Origin: Ranitomeya imitator
Lineage: Eukaryota
DNA: 64,000 bases
Assembly (NCBI RefSeq): GCF_032444005.1
Contig: NC_091283.1
Location: 169,508,001-169,572,000 of the forward strand
Reading direction: 5' to 3'
Positions 11,601-22,000 of the stretch are shown one piece after another; position 1 is the stretch's first letter, and each line of letters opens with the position of its first letter. The position numbers and the translations under genes are program-made. The notes below the pieces were generated by a model. It was not told the origin of the DNA, made no database searches, and saw only the letters and a list, made by a program, of their open reading frames with translations.

Positions 11601-12543
11601 GCTGGGCACGACGCCATCCATCTTATGTGTTCGGGGGGGCGTCCTGGCTCTCCCCTGACATTAGAAAGGATGGCTCCCTCCTTCTACACATGCACATTGG
11701 GCTGAAGCGAGCATGCATGTGTAAACCCCTGTGAACACCTTTATAACCAAATTTCATAAAGAAAAATTAATTTAAAATTTTTAAAAAATCAATTCCGCAA
11801 TAGATCTCAGATCCCACCTGACGTTTGTGTGTCTTTATTACCATGGTAACAGACTTCAAACAAGTTCCATGTAGTCTGAGCCTCCAGTTGCATGTATGAT
11901 TGGTAGGAGAGAGGGAGAAGACCAAGGATGGCAGTGTGAGACTATACAGAATTTGCTTTTGGTCTGTTGCCAAGACGACAACATAGGTTTTCACTGGAGC
12001 TGCATACAGAAAACGGGATCTCTCTTAGCACTCACTTGTATATGAAGACGTATTGTTCTGTGTAGGACTTGCGTCCCAGCGGAGGGCTGTTCACAGCCAA
12101 GTACAAGTCTTCTACCCTATGGGGAGATATAAAGGGTTAACACTGGCCTGACATTTCCCGATTCTGCTACATGAACCTCCTCACCTGTTGAGGGCAGCCA
12201 TAAGTTTGGACACCGCGATTCCCTTTAGGTCACGCACTTCTTGCAGCAGGAAGATGTCACATCGTTGGATGATCTGTGCAAATAACATGGGAATTAAGGG
12301 CAAAAACCTCACCTCCTATGGGCGAGCCTGCCAGTGTGCGGCCCCCAATCACCTCTCTACCCGCTGTGGTCCCGTCTTAGTCTTTGGATCGGACCCCCTC
12401 CTTACCTTGACCACAGCGCTCAGGATATCGTCATTGGCGGCTTTTTTCTCCCCAAAGTACTGGCCATTGAATGCGCAGATCCTGAAGGGCCACGCGCAGG
12501 GCCACACAGTGCAGAGGACGAGGAGGTGGTACCAGCTGCCCAT
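5625..12543 (-). CDS. DNASE1L1: Deoxyribonuclease 1-like 1 (DNase X), 8 coding exons, 307 aa
   Basis: Exons (minus): 12543-12406, 12273-12185, 12116-12036, 11559-11447, 11332-11220, 10956-10799, 6008-5918, 5765-5625 (924 nt including TGA). Signal peptide MGSWYHLLVLCTVWPCAWP; motifs QEVRD, RKSYTEQY, AREPY, PQHTEP, GDFNAGCSY, CPYDR, VSDHYPVE. Hydrophobic C-tail ILLPSLTLIILGLLWI is typical of the membrane-anchored DNASE1L1. Synteny with TAFAZZIN and ATP6AP1 supports the call. Confidence 0.92.
6501..8097 (-). mobile_element. Tc1-superfamily DNA transposon, DD38E (Intruder-like), near full length
   Basis: TA TSDs (6499-6500, 8098-8099); ~190-bp TIRs starting CAGTACAGA. Transposase ATG at 7714, 1-bp insertion at ~7632-7637, ORF to 6664. 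38 residues between D (QQDND) and E (NPVE); first catalytic D reads E (WSEEYK). Confidence 0.9.
7832..7905 (+). mobile_element. Truncated T2-family (TTAA) MITE end inside the Tc1 element
   Basis: TTAA followed by AGGGAACCTGTCACC; interrupts and replaces part of the Tc1 subterminal region. Confidence 0.55.
8111..8952 (+). mobile_element. Non-autonomous Helitron-like element, copy 1 (3'-truncated)
   Basis: Starts A|TCTACTATATAATTG...GGGTCACTTCCGTCTGTC (5'-TC terminus after A). Internal hairpin TACTATTGATGCTGC...GCAGCATCAATAGTA and a ~21-bp internal repeat. No CTAG end seen. Confidence 0.55.
8970..9745 (+). mobile_element. Non-autonomous Helitron-like element, copy 2
   Basis: Same 5' end and module order as 8111-8952; ends in the GGGCTGTGCTATATACTACGT-type repeat run. 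Confidence 0.55.
9746..10624 (-). mobile_element. Non-autonomous Helitron-like element, copy 3 (inverted)
   Basis: Reverse complement of the same 5' end at 10624 (preceded by A). Joins copy 2 tail-to-tail in the repeat run. Contains ~60-bp repeats carrying TGACGTCA. Confidence 0.55.
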
Positions 12544-13033
12544 GATCGCCTAGAGGTCCCTATAAGACAAGAGGACTCACGGTCATCACTTCTGTACAAT
12601 CCTGGCGCTGAGCACTGCTGCAGTTCTGTTCCTCTGTGTCGGGGACTCTGATCAGGTTATACAGTAATCATTTTGCTTCATTTATGGACTTTACCCTACT
12701 TGGCAAAAGCGGTGTACAGCAGTGCAAACAACCGCCGGGCCCCGGGGAGCTCACACAGAGGACGGTGCACTCTTCTACACCCCCCGGACTATAGACGGCA
12801 TCTACCGCTGCACCACACACAACCAATATGCCCATACACAGCTGGTAGCACGTCCCATGGTGCCAGGATTCACCCGCTGGCACACCCTGCACGCTATCAG
12901 CATCTCCAACCATCAGCGTGGTGTCTCCGGAGAGCTCGCTTATCTCCAGCCCACCCTTGTGTCATCTCCCACACCCAGTGGCCACGACCTCGGAGAGACA
13001 GGCAGTCAGCAGGAGCTCGCTGGTGTCACATAC

Positions 13034-16000
13034 ATGGCCTCAGAGCATGGTAGTCACCCGCTGGCGTACGTCAAGCACTTTGTGTCTGGAGGGGTGGGAG
13101 GTGTGTGCCTCACCCTGGCCGGACAGCCCATGGACACCGTCAAGGTGAGTGCTGAGATGGGATCCTTTACCCCATGTCTCCCGGCTTCATTCCCTGCTCT
13201 CCTCCCTCTCTGCTTTTCAGCTCAGTCCCATTCGTGCCAATGGAGTGAGCTGCAATAACACGAACAAGCAACGGAAAAGTGAGGCGCCGTTTTCAATCCT
13301 GAACAATCCCTTTAAGTCGTACATTGAATTTATTGCAATGTCTGATCTATGGCAGGTGGCATGAAGTCACACGTCACTGCGGCCCACCATATAGTACTTA
13401 CCCCTGTACTGCAGCTATAAGCACAGGCAGACGTGGAGGGACTAATGTCTTATCTCTGGGTAGTGTCATTATCAGCCATGACCATGTGTCTGCCCACCGC
13501 TGACCACGTGTTCATACGTTACCATCTCATAAAGTGTCGCCATACGGCTAGGACATATGCCATACCACCCCTTTAATCGTTATATAAAAGAAAACTTTGA
13601 AAACTTTCCTATACAGTTGGAAATTCTTCAACTATTCTGCAGACCACTGCTTGCAGTCAGTGAATAGGAGCAGTCACAGGTTTAGACCCAATCCTTCAGG
13701 CCAGAATAGAGATGGCTGCTGTTGTGTAAAATATGATGTGTGGGAGGCGAAGACCAAGTGTGTACGTAGGGTAAGCTCCGGACACACACGCCAAGCACAA
13801 TCACAGGGATCGGCTCATCTGAAGGAGGCCAAAAAAGGGTCATTCTGACCTTCAGCAGACCTGTGAACCATAACAAAGGCACTTATTTATACAAGGGACC
13901 CCATGGGTGACATACAGGTGCATCTCACAAATTTAGAATATCATCAAAACGTTACCGTAATTTATTTCAGTTCTTCAATACAAGAAGTGAATCTCATATA
14001 TAGAATCATTACACACAGAGTGATCTATTTCACGTGTTTATTTCTGTTAATGTTGATGATTATGGCTTACAGCCAATGAAAACCCAAAAGTCATTATCTC
14101 AGTAAATTAGAATACTTTATAACATCAGCTTGAAAAATGATGGTAAAATCCGAAATGTTGGTCTACTGAAATGTATGTTCAGTAAATGCACTCAATACTT
14201 GGTCGGGGCTCCTTTTGCATCAATTACTGCATCAATGCAGCGTGGCATGGAGGCGATCAGCCTGTGGCACTGCTGAGGGGTTATGGAAGCCCAGGTTGCT
14301 TTGACAGCAGCCTTCAGCTCGTCTGCATTGTTGGGTCTGGTGTCTCTCATCTTCCTCTTGACAATACACTATAGATTCTCTATGGGGTTAAGGTCAGGAG
14401 AGTTTGCTGCCAATCAAGCCCAGTGATACTGTTGTTTGTAAACCAGGTATTGGTACTTTTGGCAGTGTGGACAGGTGCCAAGTCCTGCTGGAGAATGAAA
14501 TTTACATCTCCAAAAAGCTTGTCGGCAGAGGGAAGCATGAAGTGCTCTAAAATTTCCTGGTAGACGGCTGCGCTGACTTTGGTCTTGATAAAACACAGTG
14601 GACCTACACCAGCAGATGACATGGCTCCCCAAACCATCACTGATTGTGGAAACTTCACACTAGACCTCCAGCAGCTTGGATTGTGGCCTCTCCACTCTTC
14701 CTTCAGACTCTGGGACCTTGATTTCCAAGTCTAGTGTGAAGTGTCCACAGTCAGTGATGGTTTGGGAGCCATGTCATCTGCTGGTATAGGTCCACTGTGT
14801 TTTATCAAGACCAAAGTCAGTGCAGCCATCTACCTGGAAATTTTAGAACACTTCATGCTTCCCTCTGCCGACAAGCTTTTTGGAGATGGAAATGTCATTC
14901 TCCAGCAGGACTTGGCACCTGTCCACACTGCCAAAAGTACCAATACCGGGTTTACAAACAACAGTATCACTGTGCTTGATTGGCAGCAAACTCTCCTGAC
15001 CTCGCCTGCAAGAGGAAGATGAGACACCAGACCCAACAATGCAGACGAACTGAAGGCAGCTATCAAAGCAACCTGGGCTTCCATAACCCCTCAGCAGTGC
15101 CACAGGCTGATCGCCTCCATGCCACGCCGCGTTGATGCAGTAATTGTTGCAAAAGGAGCCTGACCAAGTATTGAGCGCATTTACTGAACATACATTTCAG
15201 TAGGCCAACATTTTGGATGTTAAAATCATTTTTTCAAGCTGGTGTTATAAAGTATTCTAATTTACTGAGATAATGACTTTTGGGTTTTCATTGGCTGTAA
15301 GCCATAATCCTCAACATTAACAGAAATAAACACATGAAATTGATCACTCTGTGTGTAATGACTATATAATATATGAGCTTCACTTTTTCTATTGAAGAAC
15401 TGAAATAAATTAACTTTTTGATGATATTCTAATTTTGTGAGATGCACCTGTATCTCACTACGCACCATATAGTGGGATATGTCGCCCATTTGTGTATACA
15501 GTGAAGAAAAGCCATCGGTGTGAACAGGGAGTCACGTGTTTGTGGCCTCTAATCATCTAACAGGGATTCCATTCACTGACAGCAAACAGGAATGAGAGTT
15601 TGAATATATGAGGACAGAGGTTTTTACACAGGGACCAGCTCCCCGGTGTCAGGAGGAACCTCGTCATTTTGCTGTTTAGGGAATGACTATATTTGCGATA
15701 GTGAAATGAGATATCGCCCAACCTGTCCCCACTTACCTGTGTAATTCCTGCACCTCCAGGTGAATCTACAGATCCAGGTCCGGCCGCCGGGAGGACAGAA
15801 GCTGCTGTATAACAGCACTGGGGATTGTTTTCGCAAGATCCTCTCCCAACAGGTGAATTTGGCCGAGAGACCACGATAGCGAGTGGTATAGGCACACCAC
15901 GGAGAGGACCACCCTGGCCCCCCGCTGTGCAGGGGAACTTCAGCACCCTTCCACTAAGGTGCACCTGGCTCCAGTCCTCTGCACAGCAGGGGGCACCGGG

Positions 16001-19000
16001 TGCGCAGCTCTGCCAGGAACACACAGCACTAAATAATGCTGCAGCCCCTTTCAGTGCTTGTTCACACAATGATTATTTCAGCGTTTTTACTGCAGTTTTC
16101 CCCCCTTGAGATCAGAATGGGTGAGCACCAAAGAAGCCAAAAATGCAGACATTCTGGGGCAGCTTCAGGCCATCGGCATCATTCTTCATGCAGAAAAAAA
16201 AAAGTTTCATGTGAACATATCCTAAATCCAAGTGTCCCAGAAATCAGATCCACACTCTTCACTTCCCAGAATAGAGGGATGTCTAAGTGCACAAGGAGGA
16301 GCAGATGGCACCAAGTGACACGGAAGAGCAGCTGTGCGTGTGCGGGGGGACGCTGGTCCTGTGCCATGGCCGCTGGGCACACAAGATAATCTGGATCACA
16401 CACTTACCATATAGATGGAAGAATAATCTTTTGGAAGACAGTTATGAACCCTGATCCTCCCATTAAATCACCCGAAACACAAGTGATGGCGGACCAGCTT
16501 AGAGCCTATGTTATATTGGATGCCTATGTAAATTATTCATCTGACCTAAAAGTGCAAATTATTTCATAATTGGGAGCGAAGCGGCTCCCTGACTGACAAA
16601 TAAACAACCGGATCGGGGACAGCGATCCACACATGCCCATGGCCGAGCCGGCCCTTCTGGCATTAGGTAGTGACAGGACTCCTGCATTTCCTAGTGGAGC
16701 CATGGAGAGGAGGCCAGCGGGGACGTGTGATGGGAAGGCGGACGGTGCGGACCCGGAGAACGTACAAGACCATGTACTACCTAATGCCGAGGTGGACACG
16801 ACACGGGTATGACGAGACACTAAATCCTCAGCTGAAGCCTGTGTGTCCGGCGTCCATATCTGCTCCCAGGGAAATCCAACCAAAGCAATCCTCAGAATCA
16901 GCAGAGAAACCAGCAAGCATCACTTTCTAGAGAGCCAGGGCCCAGTCCTGTAGGACGCACGTGTGTTCTGGGCTGGGGGTGAATGGCAGAGGTGGCATCT
17001 CTTATCTGCACTTATAAGAGACAGAGGGTAATATAGGGGACGCTGCCATATAGTGCAGCCACCGGATACCCAGGGCGACACGGGGGTGCAGGATACGCAG
17101 GGAGACACAGGGGTGCAGGATACACAGGGAGACACAGGGGTGCAGGATACACAGGGCGACACGGGGGTGCAGGATACACAGGGAGACACAGGGGTGCAGG
17201 ATACACAGGGAGACACAGGGGTGCAGGATACACAGGGAGACACGGGGGTGCAGGATACACAGGGCGACACGGGGGTGCAGGATACACAGGGAGACACAGG
17301 GGTGCAGGATACACAGGGAGACACAGGGGTGCAGGATACACAGGGAGACACAGAGGTGCAGGATACACAGGGAGACACAGGGGTGCAGGATACGCAGGGA
17401 GACACAGGGGTGCAGGATACACAGGGAGACACAGGGGTGCAGGATACACAGGGCGACACAGAGGTGCAGGATACACAGGGAGACACAGGGGTGCAGAATA
17501 CACAGGGTGACACAGGGGTGCAGGATACACAGGGAGACACAGGGGTGCAGGATACACAGGGAGACACAGGGGTGCAGGATACACAGGGAGACACAGAGGT
17601 GCAGGATACACAGGGAGACACAGGGGTGCAGGATACACAGGGTGACACAGGGGTGCAGGATACGCAGGGAGACACGGGTGCAGGATACACAGGGAGACAC
17701 AGGGGTGCAGGATACACAGGGAGACACAGAGGTGCAGGATACACAGGGAGACACAGGGGTGCAGGATACACAGGGAGACACAGGGGTGCAGGATACGCAG
17801 GGCGACACGGGGGTGCAGGATACACAGGGTGACACAGGGGTGCAGGATACACAGGGTGACACAGGGGTGCAGAATACACAGGGAGACATAGGGGTGCAGG
17901 ATACACAGGGAGACACAGAGGTGCAGGATACACAGGGAGACACAGGGGTGCAGAATACACAGGGAGACACAGAGGTGCAGGATACACAGGGTGACACAGG
18001 GGTGCAGGATACAAAGGGTGACACAGGGGTGCAGAATACACAGGGAGACACAGGGGTGCAGGATACACAGGGAGACACAGGGGTGTAGGATACACAGGGA
18101 GACACAGGGGTGCAGGATACACAGGGAGACACAGGGGTGCAGGATACACAGGGAGACACAGAGGTGCAAGATACACAGGGAGACACAGGGGTGCAGGATA
18201 CACAGGGTGACACAGGGGTGCAGAATACACAGGGAGACACAGGGGTGCAGAATACACAGGGAGACACGGGTGCACGATGACCCAGACCACTACATGGCGC
18301 ACTATACAGGGACATTCCCTGGCAGTATATCCGCCGCTTCCTCGCCTTACCTCGATATCCCGGGCCCCGGTCTGCGCTCTGCTTCCTCCCTCCGCTGTGT
18401 ATGACTCGGTAGTGACATAGGAGCTCGCACCCCCTGGTCCCAGGCAGTAAGCCGGCTGTATGACGCTGGGCGGGATCTGCAGGAGGAAGGAGACAGATCA
18501 GTTCCCTTATATAACATAGGCATACGGACATGATAATACAGGACCCCCACACGCAGGCCTGATGTGCACAGATGGATCCCGGATGTTATTTCTTAGTTTT
18601 TTCTGGAGATTTTGGGACAAATGATAAATCCGCCGCTGTCACTAATGCCCCATGTCTCTGGTTCCCGTACACGCATCTGTCAGCCCCGCACAGGGGATCA
18701 TTGGAAACCATGGAACGTCCTTTGTTACAGGTTTTCTTTATTCTTGCTTTCACTTTTTTATTGCACGCACATTTTAACATTTTTTAGCATTCTGTACTGA
18801 GGCCAGAAATGAGCCCACTGACCCACAAGGAATGCAAGGAAAAAAGCTATGTATATTTCACTGTAAACAATCATAAACTTGGGGGGGGGGGGGGGTGGAA
18901 ATGAAAAACGCTGAAAAACTCAGCGCTTTTCCAAAAATCATCACTGTGAACAGCACACGGACGCCATCCAAAATGGGTGAAAATAGATTAAAAAACAATC

Positions 19001-22000
19001 CGTTATTCTCATGCAGAATAAAACCTGACTTTTTGGGAATACAAGAGAATAAATTCCCACAAAAATGGGCAAAAAAGTGAGAAGAAAAAAAAACACAAAA
19101 ATAAAAATACAACATTTTTGCACACAGGACAATGAGTGAGATTACCTTTAGCTTGTTCCTACATGTTACATGCATTTAGTACTAATAGTGCTGCTTTTAA
19201 GCAGAGATGGAAATCGTCTTCCCAGATGCCCCTCTGGTCCCCCAGCTAATTCACCGCCCGGCCCGCTCCCTGATGTATGGCGGCTCCCCGATGTATGGCG
19301 GCTCCCCGATGTATGGCCGATCCCCGATGTATGGTGGCTCCCCGATGTATGGCCGATCCCCGATGTATGGCCGATCCCCGATGTATGGCCACTCCCCGAT
19401 GTATGGCCGATCCCCGATGTATGGCCGATCCCCGATGCATGGCCGATCCCCGATGTATGGCCGCTCTCCGATGTATGGCCGCTCTCCGATGTATGGCCGC
19501 TCTCCGATGTATGGCCGATCCCCGATGTATGGCCGATCCCCGATGTATGGCCGCTCCCCGATGTATGGCCGCTCCCCGATGTATGGCGGCTCCCCGATGT
19601 ATGGCCGCTCTCCGATGTATGGCCGCTCTCCGATGTATGGCCGATCCCCGATGTATGGCCGCTCCCCGATGTATGGCCGCTCCCCGATGTATGGCCGCTC
19701 CCCGATGTATGGCCGATCCCCGATGTATGGCCGCTCCCCGATGTATGGCGGCTCCCCGATGTATGGCGGCTCCCCGATGTATGGCGGCTCCCCGATGTAT
19801 GGCGGCTCCCCGATGTATGGCGGCTCCCCGATGTATGGCGGCTCCCCGATGTATGGTGGCTCCCCGATGTATGGCCGCTCCCCGATGTATGGCGGCTCCC
19901 CGATGTATGGCGGCTCCCCGATGTATGGCGGATCCCCGATGTATGGTGGCTCCCCGATGTATGGCCGCTCCCCGATGTATGGCCGCTCCCCGATGTATGG
20001 CCGCTCCCCGATGTATGGCGGCTCCCCGATGTATGGCCGCTCCCCGATGTATGGCGGATCCCCGATGTATGGCCACTCCCATCATGAGCATGCTGCAATC
20101 CGTGTGCTGTGTACCCCCAGTACGGAGAATTCGGGAGGAGTTTAGCCCCATGATTGCCCCCGTATATACCCTCCATAAGAAGCAGTTGTGTCCGGAGTGT
20201 AACCTCACAATTTCCTTTCCTCCATCAGGGTCTTAGGGGTCTTTATAAAGGGATGGGGGCCCCTCTGGCTGGAGTGACCCCAATAATGGCAATGACGTTT
20301 TTTGGCTTCAGTCTGGGGAAGAAGCTACAACAGAAACAGCCCCAACATATACTGAGGTGAGATAACAGATTTCCTAACAATTTCATCCAGTGAATTTAGT
20401 TTCTGGGAAAGCTGGGTGACAACCAATATCCTCACATGTTGCACCTGACTTTCCTAGGCTTCTGAGCATCCAGCTTTCCTAACCACTCAATGGTAATACA
20501 GGATATCTGGGCTGCCGATACTGGAAAAGCTGGGTGAAAACTCTGCTTTGTCAAAAACAGATGCATCAAAGATAAGAAATAATCTGCGATCTTCCACTAA
20601 TGTGTAATTTTTTTATGTTTCCCCGATGCCTCCGCCACAGACCGCACCAGGTGTTCTCGGCAGGGATGCTGGCAGGACTGTGCGCCGCTATAATCGGAAT
20701 ACCTGCAGAAAGGATCAAGTGCCTGCTGCAGGTAACGTACAAAAGACCTGCGGGTCCTGATCCTACAGCAGTGGTGTGCTAGATGTCCGGGCATGCTGGG
20801 AGTTGTAGTTTTCCAACAGGTGGCACACCACTGGGCTACATGATCAGCTGTGTCCTCGTCTCTTTCTAAGGCTCAGGCGAACAGTTCACGGAAGAGATTT
20901 TCGGGGCCTGTAGATTGTGCCAGGCAGCTGTTCCAGGAGCAGGGCATGCGAAGCTTGTACAGGGGTACGGTGCTTACCCTCCTGAGAGGTAACTACCAAC
21001 ATATCAAAATAATATGCTTTTAATTATGTAAGCGACAACCCCTATATATTGTGATACTAGAGGAGAGCCCTTCTCTAATATGGGGGGCGCACAGATTTCA
21101 GCGCGCCACTATTCCTGCAGCTTATCTGTAGGTAAGATGGGCACGTGGAGAGGTGTCCTCAGCTCCTAAAGTGAGGCAATGGCACCAGATCCGCCAATAC
21201 TTTACAATCGGCGGGGAAGATGGAGGATGAAGGGCCACAGAACTTTTTTTATTGCTGTTTTCCCCTTTGCTGTATTCCCTACACAATCGCACTTGCTGCG
21301 CAGGGAGCGTATGCTGGGTCCTGTGCCAGTGAATGGGGGCAGCTGTAGATCTGCTGCACAGTCAGACCACCACTGAGTGACGATGTATCCTAGCAATATG
21401 CAATCACTGTTCTAAATGGGACCAGACTTTAATTATGCAGATGGCTCCAGGACGGGGACTTGCACACAATGATCCACTGCGGAGAGGAAGGAGGGAACTG
21501 CACAGCAATGATCCAGTGCGGAGAGGAAGGAGGGACCTGCACAGCAATGATCCACTGCGGAGAGGAAGGAGGGACCTGCACAGCAATGATCCACTGCGGA
21601 GAGGAAGGGGGGACCTGCACAGCAATGATCCACTGCGGAGAGGAAGGAGGGACCTGCACAGCAATGATCCACTGCGGAGGGGAAGGAGGGACCTGCACAG
21701 CAGTGATCCACTACGGAGAGGAAGGAGGGACCTGCACAGCAATGATACACTGCGGAGAGGAAGGAGGGACCTGAACAGCAATGATCCACTGCGGAGAGGA
21801 AGGGGGGACCTGAACAGCAATGATCCACTGCGGAGAGGAAGGGGGGACCTGAACAGCAATGATCCACTGCGGAGGGGAAGGAGGGACCTGCACAGCAATG
21901 ATCCACTGCGGAGAGGAAGGAGGGACCTGAACAGCAATGATCCACTGCGGAGAGGAAGGGGGGACCTGAACAGCAATGATCCACTGCGGAGAGGAAGGAG

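Noticed and set aside
16533-16930. 127-aa minus ORF and a plus-strand ORF with one stop
   Set aside because: No recognisable family and no supporting splice structure.
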